From the NCBI GenBank assembly GCA_001179505.1, contig CDMY01000247.1, positions 62,001 to 126,000 of the forward strand: a stretch of 64,000 nt of DNA, given 5' to 3'. A program made the translations under genes and the position numbers. The notes below the pieces were generated by a model. That model was not told the origin of the DNA. It saw nothing but the letters and a program-made list of their open reading frames with translations, and searched no databases. This DNA comes from Vitrella brassicaformis CCMP3155. Lineage: Eukaryota > Protista > Chromerida. Position 1 is the stretch's first letter. Every line of letters starts with the position of its first letter. Shown piece by piece: positions 1 to 12,849 of this stretch.

Positions 1-43
1 GCCGACCGGTGTCTTCGCTGCAATCTTCATGCTGTGTCTGTAG

Positions 44-3000
44 GGTGGCTGGACGCCTCTTCATTTGGCAGCAGTCTTCGGGTCAGCTGATGTTGTGGAG
101 AAGTTTGTCGAGTGGGGCGGCAAGGAGCTGCTGGAGGCTAAACACAACGTATGGACGAGGGAATGTCGAGTGATGGATTGGACAGCTTGTGTGTCTTGGT
201 CGTGCTATGATTCAGGATGGAAAGACGCCTCTTCATGAGGCAGCAAGTCAGTCACCCCTGCAAATGACAACCACACGAGTGCATGAGTCTTCGAGGTGTC
301 TCTCTTCGCTCTCCTGCAGGGTTTGGCCGTGCTGATGTGGCGGCGGTGATGTTGAAGATCAACCCGCAGCTGTTGAAGATCAAAGACAACGTAGGCTGCA
401 CTGCACCGATCGAGCTCTGTGTCGATGTTGTCGCTTGTCGTGACTCTGACAGAGGGGAAAGACGTCTCTAGATAATGCCCTTCACAAAGCGTCAGTCGTC
501 GTAGAGATCCTTGCTGTGGCTGGAGACATGGTCATGGAGCTGCTCGAACGAGGCGTGAAAGTGGAAGATGTGTCGGCCGAGGATCTTAAGAAGGTGGTGC
601 CCTTGGCGAAGCGAATTTTGAAGGACAAATCTGAGTCGCTGGGCCTCGACAGCCTTCGCTGCTGTGCCGTCTTTCGCAAAGTGATGAAGTCACGACCGAA
701 GGACTCCGTCACAGATGACCTTGAGAGGACTTCCAACCGGCAGGAGGTCAATTGACAGACACACAGAGCACAGCAGTCTTCACTGCTGCATTGATTGTCA
801 AATTGGTTCAGGCGCTCACAGCCAATTTCTGCAGCGATACAACAGAAGAAAACTTCCAACAGTCACTTGCAGGCAAAGAGAGAGAATGGTTTGCGGCGCT
901 CGAGTCGGCAGAGCCCCTTTCTGTCGTCACCCAAGGTAAGCCGCACAAGCGATCTCCTCGTTTCTCTGTCGGTCCGCTCATGCCTCCTCCGTCTCCCTGC
1001 CAATGATTGCGAAAGCCAACTGCACACCTCTCGTCACAGAGCATTGGAAGGAAGGCTACGAAGTGTCGAGCATCCAGCTGTCACCCCGAGATGTCTTCAT
1101 CAGCCGGTGCTGTCAATGCTGCTGATGTGAGACTGCAGCCATGGACAAGGATACAGGCAGAGAGAAGCATCTCTATCTGTCTGTGTGATATCAGGGTGGC
1201 CTTTGTGCTGCTGCACATCGAGTCTATCAAGGGAGACAGCGGCATGATGATGCCGTTGGAGTGGCCGGCGGTGTGGCTGTGGGGCTCAGTGCTGACCGGC
1301 AGCGGCTTTGTCCTCCTGGAAATCTTCCAAGTATGCCTCACTGATCGACAACAATATGTCTCGTCCTCTGTGTGTGCAGTTCATCCGGCTGAAGGCAGCG
1401 TACTGGGCCGACTCATGGTACGCCTCAGGCTTCGTGCTGGCGGCTCCATTTGTGTGTTGTCGGTGTGTGCCGATGAAGGAACTGGGTGGATGCTGGAAGT
1501 TCGCTGGCCATGATCGCCTTCATAGCCATTCACTTCGCTGGCTGGTCGGAGGAGGCGGAGGTCAGCTCAGGGATCGTCATAGCGCTCCTCTTTGCGCTGC
1601 GCCTCCTCCAAACGGCCAGCCTGCACCCAGCCGTGGGACCTCTCATACTGTCAGGGAGAGAGACACAGACACAGAGAGAGAGAGAAAGGTGTCTGATGGT
1701 GTGTGTGATGGGGGTGTTTGTGTCAGTGCGGTTGTGAGAATGTTTTCGGACATCAGCATGTTTCTGTGTCTGTACGTCTACATCCTGCTGGTCTTCGCGG
1801 TCGTCTTCACCCTCCTCTCGTCCGACGAAGACCACCAGTACTTCGGCTCCTTCGCCAAAGCCACGCTCACGCTGTACTCGATGACACCGACACACACAGA
1901 GAGAGAGCGCCAGTCGTCATGTGCTGTTGGTTGGCTGCATTCCATCAGTTTCTACGGTGGTCTTGGCGACTTCAATGAGGCGCTGACCAACGCCATCGAG
2001 AGCCACGACACGCTGGGGACCGTCCTGCTGTTCACATACGTCATCTTCTCCTCCATAATACTCGTACGTGAGAGTCAACACCACTCACTTCCCCCGATGG
2101 ACGAGCCACACACACAATGACTCCCTTTGTTGTTGTCTCTCTTTCTCTGCCCGTCTGTATCGATAGCTCAACCTGCTCATCGCCATCATGGTAAGACAGG
2201 CACGAGACACACACAAGGGACATGAGCGTGCCAACAGTTGAGCGATGCTCTTGTATGTGTCTCTCTCTATGTCAGGCGTCGACGTATGCGGCCATCGAGG
2301 AGACACAAACTGCGCAATACCAGTAAGGAGAGACAACAAAGCGAGACAGACAGACACATAAGGCTCTCTCTCTCTCCGTGAATGGCTGCAGGTTGCTGCG
2401 CCTTCGCGTGTTGAATGAGTACCTCACAATGCCGCACCACGAGCGGCTGCCGCCGCCATTCGATCTCATCGGTCGGTGCGACCGACAAGAGACATCAGCT
2501 GCACCCACCGCATGTGAGCATCTGTGTGTGTGCAGCTGTGGTCGTGTCGGAGCCCCTGCGCTATGTCGCCTCCCTCATCAGCGGACGGCAGTCGGCACTC
2601 TGCCGCATTGCCTTCTGGTCGATGAAGGCCCTCTACTACACCATCGACGCGCTCCTGTTTGCCGTCGCCTTCACTCCAATAGCCATCTACCGTCAGCTGG
2701 GGAAGCTTCAACGGTGCATACGGGAGGGAAAGTACTGGCAGGTACTTTGCGTACCCCTTATCATCCTCTTCGCGCCACTTTTTCTCCTCATGGTCTATGC
2801 TCAAGCAAAGGTCCAAGTAACGGTCCGGCAATAGACTCTCTCCAATTTCTTCCCTTTGGAATTTATATGTTTGTTGCCAAAGCCATATCGGGGGGACACC
2901 GAGGAGGAGAAAGCAAGACGAGGCGTTGTGCACAGGAATCATTCAAAGACAGCATCGACAAGTGGATGGAGGCCGCGGATCATCACGACTCAAACTTCCC

Positions 3001-3377
3001 TGACGTCATGGCAGGTGAGACGAACCTGTCACACACAATCAGACAGGTTTTTTTTCTTTTTTTTATATGCTCTGCAGCCCTCAAGCACAACCAGTCGTCT
3101 CAATGTGAGGTGCTAGCAGGTGACAATGACAGTAAACAAGACAGGCAGGCAGCCAGGTGAGCATGAACTTTGCCTCTTTCGATGTACTGCAGCTCTCACG
3201 CACTTCAAAAAATACATCGAAGACGAGATTCACTCTTCTCAAGCCGAGATGCTGTCAAGTAAGAGAAGGTTTTTTAACGCAAACTCTTCAACGGAATGTT
3301 GTCTGGGTTTGCTTTGCCTCTCAGTGTTGAAAAGAATGGATGAACGGCTGACGAAAATGGAAACCAAGATGGGATAG
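44..3377 (+). CDS. Ankyrin-repeat, multi-TM TRP-like cation channel (multi-exon, 5' part outside window; possible 1-nt lesion at ~1105)
   Basis: Spliced exons give ankyrin repeats (GWTPLHLAAVFGSADVVEKFVEWGG, GKTPLHEAA), TM segments (LAMIAFIAIHF, GIVIALLFALRLLQTASLHPAVGPLIL, MFSDISMFLCLYVYILLVFAVVF), pore-like SFAKATLTLFYGGLGDF, S6-like LLFTYVIFSSIILLNLLIAIM, TRP-tail-like LPPPFDLI and a coiled-coil end (stop 3375-3377). Confidence 0.8.
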
Positions 3378-3631
3378 CTACGAATGGCCGAAAGAAATCA
3401 AATGCAGTTCGACCCATGTGTGTGATTTCAACTTCAACACATATCCCGTTTGAATTTGAAAATCATCCAGATGAGTCTTTGCGAGCGGGTTGTGACAAGC
3501 GTGGGTCAGGATTGCACCGAGGGTCGAATCTTCTACGCCAACCGATGTCACAAAATAAGCGACATTCCAAGCATGCACATCACAGAGCCTGTTGGACAGA
3601 CATCCACTCGCTTTCGACATGAGTCCTGCTG

Positions 3632-5420
3632 TCAATGTCTCTTCAATTTGGCAATAAAATCCCGCAGACATCGCAGAGAGGTTTTCCTAAATTGACACAG
3701 CCGAGAATATGCATGGTCCGCCCTCTCCTTCCTTCGCACGAGCGCTTACATGTCCGGTTTCTGTAGCAGTATGTCTTTGGCGAGCGGCTCAAGGGCGAGA
3801 AAAGCGGCCTTCCTTCCCGTACCACCCTCCCTGCGCAAGGGTTTGAGATGCATCGAATACGCACCTTTACATGTGTCAGCTTACTTGGTGAAGGACTCCT
3901 TCCATCTGGCTTGGAACTCCTCACTCGCACACAGGAGGGACACAGCCTCGAGAGCAAGAGCCTATATGCAAGCCAGACCAAGAGCACACGCGTCACAATA
4001 CAGACGGATCATATGAATCTTACACGCATTTCACTGGGGTATGTAGCACAGTTCGCCACGATATGGTTGGGCACGAGCTCCAGCAAACCACAGTCGCACA
4101 GCACACTCACAACCTGACGAACAAGCAAGAGATGGCGCTAGTCTCATTTGTCTATCCCTTTACGACATGTCTTGTCTCACCTCTGCCTCGTTGAGCTTCT
4201 CTATGTGCTGGGCCACGGAATGGAAATACGCCAGCACAACTGTCTCCTGCAACCTCAGTGGTCGCTGTGTCCCATTCTGGCCCTCAATGTCCCACGCTTT
4301 GATCTTCAGGCCAGATCCTCTCCTCTCATCGGAACCCCGTCTGTGGCCGTCGAGCTTCAGCTCAGACGAGCTGCCCTTCGTCGAAACAAACTGCACAGGT
4401 TTCCCGCTCAGAGATGCACTGCTGCTGGTGGAGCTGTCTTCTCGAAATCGCTGGGGTTCTGGATCGGCCGAGGCGTCACAGTCCTGAGGAACAAGTGAAG
4501 TGAAGATATTCACTTGTCTGTTTCTTGCTATTGTAGTATACCAGTGGCCTCTTATTTGCATTCCTAAGGACGAGTTCTATGTGTCTCGCGATGAGGGGGA
4601 CATCAGTCAGCTGAAGTGTCTCGACATGAGTGAAGCCTGGACACACAGGAGAGGCAGGACCACTCTGTAAGGATCCCTTGATGTCAGCCGTGCTTACCTT
4701 GCCTGAGAAGAAGACCCAACGCCTCTTCAAAAGCAGCCATGCGGGACAAAACAGTCGACTGATGTGGTCCATAGATAACACTCCACCCACAAGCCAACAT
4801 ATCGGGACCGTCTCTCGTACCTTTGGCATGCCCTCCTTGTCGCATGCCCTGTCTATGTGCCTGTCCATCTCGTCAGGTCTGTTCTGCAGCTGCTTGAACT
4901 CGTGAAGCAGACGCAGACACAAATTCACCTGCAGAGATGGCAGCGCAACAGAAATCGATGCTGTCTCCTGCCGGCGTGAAGATATTTCGGTCGACCTTTG
5001 CCTCCTCCACCATGATTCGTATAACATCTTCCCTGATGTCCTGATCCCATAACGTGCCCTCGCTCGCACGACCTGACAAAACAAGCAAACGCAGATCAGT
5101 CAGACACCGCAAAGGGAGCGTGAATCGTCCTCACCGACGGCGCGACTGCCATTTTCCGCTTCCTTCATGGTCTCCACGTGGGGCATCAGGCTTTCAAGCG
5201 AGGCCAAGCGGTAGAGGTGCTCAATGTTGTCCACCAGATGGAACCATTCATGCGTCATGATGGGCACCCTTTGTATCTGCCGAGTGCATCTCCTGGCAGC
5301 ATCGAGCCTCACTTGATTTGGGTCCTTGCCGTCCGGTCCACCCTTGCCTGCGCTGTAGGTCAGGATCCTTGGTCGGCCTTTTGACCCGCCCTCGGGGAGG
5401 GAGCCTCGCCTGAACATCAT
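3632..5420 (-). CDS. Multi-exon hypothetical protein
   Basis: GT-AG exons join as MMFRRG...ILTYSAGKGGPDGKDPNQ|IQRVPIMTHEWFHLVDNIE...|GTLWDQDIREDVIRIMVEEAK|VNLCLRLLHEFK...|VVSVLCDCGLLELVP...|KTSLRCLRDFIAKLKRH*. Some internal junctions are uncertain. Confidence 0.65.
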
Positions 5421-5629
5421 GCGATGCGGGCTGTCTTGGGGGGCGTCTAAGAGACGACAAACAACCGGATGGCAGACCAGGGCCAAAAGGGAAAGCCGCT
5501 GAAAGGGACCAAGACTCCTAGGGCTCTCAAAATGCAGGGTGCGTGCGACAGCGCTTTTGCTTTGTGTTACACGGCGCTTCAACTCGGGGTGTTGCAGTGA
5601 CGCGTTGATCTCTTCGCATTTGCCACGCC

Positions 5630-7477
5630 ATGTCGTGCTGGGATGACAGCATCGACATTCAGCGTCTTGGGCTGCAGAATCAAGACGTCAAAAAGAAAGA
5701 AGGTGAGTGCACATCTGTGTCAAATGGACGAGGGCTGGTGCCACGTCATGGTGCCACGTGGCTGCGCGTCTTTCAGCGATTGGCAACCCGGCTGTGGACA
5801 CCTTTGTCAATTCCAAAGTGAGCAAAGACCCCCGCACTGATGGATCTTCTGAGTTTGGGTCTGTGCCGTGCCTACAGGGGCTGACCATCCAAACATACCA
5901 CTATGAGGCCGCAAACCCCAAGGGAATCGTTCTGTGTAAGCGCGATGGAGAACGCGCGATCCTGCACCTGTCTGATTGGCGGTGTGTGTCAGGCGTGCAC
6001 GGGTATGGTACGCACTTTCGGTTCGAGTATCTGACCCTGGGAGATCAGCTCTACCAGGGGTCGTGGGTCGAGAGGTCAGTCACCACACGAGGCAGCACAG
6101 CAGGGGCGCAGAGAGTGCCACACATGATGGCGCCCTGCTTCTTGTCGTTTCTCTGCGTCAGGCTGGTGAATGCGGGCTATGGTGTGTATGGATGGGACCA
6201 CCAGAGCTTTGGCCTGTCTGACGGGTGGCAGAGAATGAGGTACTTGCCCGATACGGAATAGGAAGACGCCAAAGCGTCATGCAGTGTTGTATGTGCGCGT
6301 ACAGGGCGAATGTTGAGTCGTTCGACGACTTCATCGATGACGGGATACAGTTCCTCAATGAGCAGATACTCTCCAACAAGAAGGAGTGAGAGCTGCGCAC
6401 TTTCATGGCACTTCCATCTGAAGCATTCGTGGGACTAATGTTTTCTGCGCGTGTCTGCCTCCAGGGACGTTCCCGTGTTTCTGATGGGCTTGTCGATGGG
6501 TGGTTGTATGGCGGCGTTGATGGCTGAGCGCCCGGAAGGCAAGGCGCTCGCCGGCGTCATACTGGTACGCACATCGCTGTCCCGAGACTTCATGCGCTTT
6601 TGGTGGTGGTCTTGTTTTCTCTGTCTGTCAGTTGTCTCCCATGCTGTCGATCGAGACCGAGAAGGAGCGCAACAAGGCTGCGCTGCCGCTGGTGGATTTT
6701 CTCAGCAAAGCCATCCCACACCTGCCACTGGCAAGGCAGCAGGTAGAGCCAGCTGCATGCATTTGCCGAATCTGCCACGTGTTTGTTGATTTGGTCTGTT
6801 CAGCCGGCGAAGCTCGAGGAGATCACTGCAGCGAGAGCGAAGGATCCGTTGTTCTACAAGGGAATGGCCCGCGCCCGCATGTCCAATGAAATCCTCAAGG
6901 CAGTAGACAAGTAAGGATTCTATTTGGGGGGAACACTGGGTCTCATTTCCACCTTTTTGTCCGGTAGAGTGGCTGAAGGCGCGCCTCAGCTGACGGCGCC
7001 CCTGTTAATCATCCACTCACAGCGTGACACACAGTGCGAGCCCGAGGGATCGAGCAAATTCGTCAACTTGGTCTCGTCTGAGGTGATGAGCAGAAGCACC
7101 AGTGCAGGGCTTCACGAAGTGCACCAACACCTCTTCCATTTTTCTCTGCGTGCCTGTGTGTGTGTGTGTGTTTGTGTGTGTGTCGTGTGCAGGTCAGGGA
7201 GATTAGCCTGCTCAACGACATGTGGCACAACCTCGCCAACGAACCGGTAAGTGAGGGCCAACACTGATGAGCCCTCGGTCCTGTGCATATGTCCTGCCCT
7301 GCTGTTTGCCCTGTCTTTCAGGGGAACGAGAAGGTGAGAAAACGATCCAGCGTCCAGCAGAGCACACACCTGTGTGTGGGTTTGCAGGTGTTTGAGGAGG
7401 TGTACGATTTCCTTCGGCGCCACACGGAGGGGGACCTGTTGCACCCCAAACCTCCTACACTCACATCGGGAGGCTAG
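5630..7477 (+). CDS. Alpha/beta-hydrolase lysophospholipase / monoglyceride lipase (Hydrolase_4, PST-A-like)
   Basis: About 12 exons: VHGYGTH oxyanion region, GYGVYGWDHQSFGLSDG, nucleophile GLSMG (GxSxG), IIHSQRDTQC (Asp), MWHNLANEPGNEKV (His). Confidence 0.9.
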
Positions 7478-8045
7478 CAACGTCGACCGACCAGGAGGCC
7501 TTCAGGCGGAGGGCATGTGTACGTGATGCCCTTGCTTCTTTTTCCCGAATTGTGGCTTGTGTTGAATGGATTCGTCGATTTGCTCCGCCCGCCTGTCTGC
7601 CTGTGCATCCATTTGCACATTTAGTCGGCGGCTGCGTGGTCGTGATATCGGTGTCCTCTAATTATTGCATCTCTTTTTGTGACACTGCCGGCAAGGTGCA
7701 AGGCAGATAATGTGGATGTGGGAGGGAACGGATTCGTGCAATTGGATTCGTGCATGATCCGGGTGGTGTTTTCGTGAGACCCATATGCATCGGATGAGGG
7801 ACAAAAAGACGAATTTGCACGGCACAATGGGACCGTTGGCAAGCCATGACCCACACACACACAGAGGTAATCGCAGAAAGACTGAAAAAGGGCCAACTCA
7901 ACAAGCCAGAGAGAGGAAAGGCAAACAACCATGTATGGAGTACTCAAGTACTGATACCTGCGATGGCGTGAAAGCCTACCACGGAGACTGTCAACACCGT
8001 CATCGGGAAGCCACAGGGACGCCTCCAGAGAGAGGGACAACGCGA

Positions 8046-9125
8046 GTATGGCGAGAAATTATAGTACAGACGCGTTTCTCGACGAGACGAGATGCGTTCG
8101 TTATTTCTTTTTTTTCCACACTTTTTTCATTGCCGACGGTCGGAAAAAGCAGAAGGTGGTTCTCTCAGAATGCAGACCATCGCCCAATGAGCAGGTCGTC
8201 ACATTTGCAACACTTGTGTGCGTGTGGCTTGCTGCTACGTCCGGATCAGGTCACCTGAGAAGTTCGGCTTGGCCAGCCGCCCAGGACCTGAGGAACAGCG
8301 ATGAAGGAGATGTGTCGGCAGACCGTCAGCGGCATCAAGCCATCCCTTGACCCATCCTGCAGCCACAGGGACGTGAGGGAGCGATGAGACAGAATGCTGG
8401 TAAAGACAAGAAAAGGCGCAGAGACATGCGCACTGACCCGCCGTGTGCATCGCTTGTGCGCGCAGTATCTGCAGGATGGCCGGATGCGTCATCCCGATAA
8501 ACATGGAGGGTGGCCTCCCAGGCAGGAGCGTACCGAGCCCAGAGTGGAGTCACCCTTTACGCAGGGCTGACGGAGGGACATGAGCTGGCGAGAATGATCC
8601 TTCCCCGAATGCACGATAGAGGTGAGTATGGGAGGGAGGGAGGGAGGGAAGAGAAGAGGATGAAGGGCAACGAATGACACTGTCCCACAACGACAGCGCA
8701 AACAGAGGAGGGGGGGAGTGTGCGACCTTGCCTTACCTTGCCTGTCTGACAGACTCTAACGCGCTCGTGACTACGTGTGCTGGCGAGGAAACCCGTGAAG
8801 GTCCTTCATTAAGCCACACGGGCGCATCTGAGACAGAGTGTGCGGCAAGAAATTACAAGACGTTCTCTCCGGGGACGCCGGTATTTCCGTTATTTTTCCG
8901 TTGGCTGCCCCCAAAGACCGAACTTACTTCGAATGTTGCAACCGAAGGCAGACCATCACCTGTCGAGCGGATCTTCATGTTTGCAACACTTGTGTGGATG
9001 TGGCCTCAGGCTGCAGGTTGTGCCCGAGTTCCCGGTCTGAGAAAGTCGGCTTCGTCAGCCGCGGGCAGCTCCGACTCGGAGGACCTGTCATGAGGGATAG
9101 CGATGAAGTGCGATGTGTGTGAACA
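8046..9125 (+). repeat. Diverged direct repeat (~8046-8330 vs ~8836-9125)
   Basis: Colinear shared blocks AGAAATTA, CGTTATTT, GCAGACCATC, TTTGCAACACTTGTGTG, CTGAGAA..TCGGCTT, AGCGATGAAG..GATGTGT. Confidence 0.6.
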
Positions 9126-9410
9126 GCCACAATGCAAAGTTGCAAACGCGCCGCCATGCTCAGGTGAGATGAGAGGAGAAGAGACAACAGCATTAAGATG
9201 TACGCGTGCCGTGTTGTGTTGACGCAGTTGGACGCCGCCATCGTGCTGCCACCTTCAATGACGATGAGGGCAGCCCTGTGCCGATTCGGCAGAGGGGACC
9301 GGCAGCCATGGATGGTGTGGTTCTTTGACCAACAGTGAAGAAGCCGAGAGATTCTCACCTCATCCATCCATACGCAATTTATGCAGACATATCTCTTTGA
9401 CGTCCATGCA

Positions 9411-10374
9411 GGTCACATCAAGCGGGAGGCGATGATGCACATCTGCACACCGGTTACCCGCACAGCGGGTGACGGCTCGCGGTCCGCTCAGCGAGGAAAG
9501 AATCCGTGTTGGTTGGCCTCATCTACCTGCCCGGGGCGTGCATATAGGGGTGCTGCCATTGACTGTGTTCAGGTTTTCGAGCGCAGGTACGGTGTTGTTG
9601 GATTCTGCGCAGGTACGGTGTTGTGTTGTTTGTTGTGAACAGCTGCCGCGGCGTGCCGATGGGTGAGAGTGTGGTTGGCTGGTCAAGATGCACGCCAAGT
9701 GGGGAGAAGGGACACATATAGAGATGCCATTCGGTCATGTTTGCTCGTTTATGCGTCATTCACGGGCATGACCCATGGCAGTTTGTCGCTGGACACGATC
9801 GGCATGCGGCCGCTGGTGGACTTCAACGCTTTCCATCCTACCTGACGCCTCTCATCACCAAGTGGGATACGGGCTTCACTGGATTCACCGTGTAAGGAAC
9901 GAAGAGTTCTCCTTCTTGCGTGTGTCGACCGCCCACCCACCTGCTTGCCTGCCTGCCTGCCTGCCTGCCTTTGCAGCATCCGCAGAGGGGACCGCTACTA
10001 CGTCGCACCCGAGACCAACACTGGTGTTCCCTGTGGCTCGCCCAAGGACATATTCGAAATCGGTAGGGAGGCACAATGACACAAAACACAACACAACACA
10101 ACACAGATGAAGTTCTCACGGAAGGGTTCTCTTTCCTTCTGTGGGCAGCTCTGGTGATGTTTCAGTTCTGCAAGGGGCTAGATATCACAGAGGCCGTCAC
10201 CGAGCGCGTAGGGCAGCCACACACAAACCACGCGACCGACACAGGCGTCTCATTCACATGCATTCTGTGCACATGCTGCGTGTGTTCAGCGTTCGCACGA
10301 ATACATGACGAGCCGGGCAGACGCTGGTGGCTGCATTGCCTATCGACCCCATCAAGAGACCCACCGCACAAGAG
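9411..10374 (+). pseudogene. Pseudokinase domain K1 (frameshifted)
   Basis: GMTHGSLSLDTIGMRP (HRD-loop equivalent), LITKWDTG after a frameshift near 9840, YYVAPE, KDIFEIG, DPIKRPTAQE. Confidence 0.7.
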
Positions 10375-10427
10375 GTGAGAGAGATGCCACACCAATCATA
10401 CGAGCCCCGTCTCCCTCCCATCTGCAC

Positions 10428-11460
10428 AGCCCCCCCATCCTCCCCCCCGATGATGGAGGTCTGGCTCATGGACAAGATCGGCCCCTTCCAGGGGCAGCCC
10501 GACGACCAGGTCTTCTTCTCTTATGATCCTGCCGGCAAGGACCGCAACGTCGCCGTGACGGTCATCACAAGCTAGACGCCACGCGAGGCAAGGGAGCGCA
10601 TTCTGCCAGAGAAGGTGCGGTTGAAGAGTCTGCAGCACAACAGCAACATCGTGCAGTACATCGGTGAGCCAGCGACGAGACGAAAATAGACAAGAGCGGT
10701 TTCTGCAGACGTATCTATCTCTGTTCGTTTCTCTGTGACGTTCATGCAGGTCACTTCTAGAAGGTTGGCGCGACACACATCTGCAAGGAGATCATGAACA
10801 TGCCCCTCGCCCAGCGGCTGAGGGCTGGCGGCCCGCTCGAGGAGGATAAGGCGCGGGAGCGCGTCGTGGACGTGTTGTGCGGCCTCGTCTACCTTCACAG
10901 CAAAAGACTAGCCCACGGGTGAGTAGAGTGGCGGGCGGGGAACATCCATATACATGATGGGTGGGTGGTGCTGCCGTTGAGTGTCTTCTGTTCAGTTGTT
11001 TGAGCACATCTACGGTGTTGGTGGAAGCATTTGACGGCACGGCCAAGCTGGCGGGATTTGGCCACCGACGCAGTACACAGCGGGACACAGGTACTGCACG
11101 GCCACACAGAGACAGACTCTCACGTGCTCACCCCACCCTCTCTGGTCTGTCTCCCTGGCTGTCTGCCTGCCTCAGGATTTGACATCCTGGCGCTCGGCCG
11201 CCTCGTGGCCGAGATGGTGTCGCCCCAGGACGCATCGTCGGCGTCGGACCAGGCTGCTGTGCCTCAGATACCACACAGTGCCTCACCCGAACTCCAGGTA
11301 CCACGCTCACACACAGGGAAGACAATGGCATCCACCACCACATGTGTCCGGATCTGTCTTTCCAACATCAGGACTTCGTGCAGGTGTGTTTGGAGGAGGA
11401 CCCTGCTGCCCCCCCACCGCCGAGAAGCTGCTGGAGCACCGTTTCCTGCGTCCGTTGGTG
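10428..11460 (+). pseudogene. Pseudokinase domain K2 with in-frame stops
   Basis: NVAVTVI, LKSLQHNSNIVQYI, VLCGLVYLHSKRLAHG, AKLAGFG, DILALG, TAEKLLEHRFL; in-frame TAG at 10573-10575 and 10758-10760. Confidence 0.75.
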
Positions 11461-12849
11461 CTTCCATCGGGCTTCCACGTGACAGCAACGGCATCGCAAT
11501 GTGCTCAAGTAGCTGTAGCGGCAGCGGCAGATCAGACGGACCCGCTGGAGGAGAAATTGTCATCATCCAACTCAGGCAGCAGGTGCGTGCATACATCACA
11601 TCCCCTGATTCACTCACTCACAGCCCCTCTCTGTGTTGTATGTCAGTGGGGGCGAGACCTCTGTCGAACCAGCGGCGGCGGCAGCGGCAGGGGGAGGGGG
11701 CGAGCAGGCACAGAATGAAAGTACTCTGAGAGGTGAGGCACACAACACATCCACACACAAGGGCACCCACCCACGGGGAGAAAGGGACAAGGCTCGCCAC
11801 TCGACCCTCTCTGTCTGTCTGTCTGTCTGTGTGTGTGTGTCAGACTCATCCCTGATGGATCCCCTCCCGTCGAGCCGGCCTCCTGATGTGCCCCTCCAGG
11901 CGCTCAACAACACGCACTGGCCACTACCGCGCGCGCTTTCTCCATACCGTTGCCCGGCACACAGCAGCAGCAGCATCAGAGTCCACCCGCGATGCGTCCC
12001 CAACAACCCCAGCAGCAGCAGCAGCAGCAGCCGGGGATTGTGGAGCAGCCGGGGATGGTGCGGCAGCAGAGGCCCGGTAGTGATGCTGGTGGGGAGATGG
12101 GGGGCAGCCCATCCCCACTGGCATCGGGCGCAAACTTCCCGGAGCTGCCATCTCGACAGCAGCCGCTGCCGCAGCCGAGTGGCGGTGCCCCAGCGGGCCG
12201 AGGGGCGCCTGCGGGCAGGGCGGTGCCTCGCAGTTCGGGGGATGTGGAGGCCATGGGCGAGGGAGAGGGCTCGGGGGGGGATGAGGGAGAGTTTCGTCTG
12301 GGAAGGCTGGGCGGCTGGGGTAGTGGGCACGGCAGGCAGCATCCCGATGACCGGACGGGATGGACAGGTGTGTGTGTGTGGGTGGGAGGGGAATGGACGC
12401 ACGAGGGAGGGAGGGAGGGACCACCACGTCGTTTATTGTGTTGTGTTGTGTTGTGTTGGTTCAGGGTCCCCCACGTCATTGTCGCCCTCGTCCAGCCCAC
12501 ATCCATCGATCCTCTCCTCGCTGCTCAAGGCCCCCTCTCACTCCGCATCGGTGTCACGTCGCGCGGCCGACTCCCACATCACACGAAGCCCACCTGGTGC
12601 ACACCTCGTCGGCGTTGCTGCTGGTGGTGCCGCTCCCGACATGAGGGGGTCTAGTGTGATGAGCGCCGGCAAGGCGGTGCCGAGGCACCCAGGTGGGTCG
12701 GCCGAGCGCGCCGACGTGTTCCGAAGGGGCGGGCTTCTTGGCTGGAGTGGTGCAGTGAATGAGGAGGTGGTGGGGAGGGGCAGCCGGGGTGCGTCTGAGG
12801 GCGCCGGTGTCCATGGTGGGCGGGGATTAGAGGGCATGACGCCGGCTGC

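Noticed and set aside
1870-1950. Apparent non-canonical GA-AG intron after TLYS in both channel copies
   Set aside because: A canonical donor CT|GTACTC gives an in-frame TLTLFYGG.
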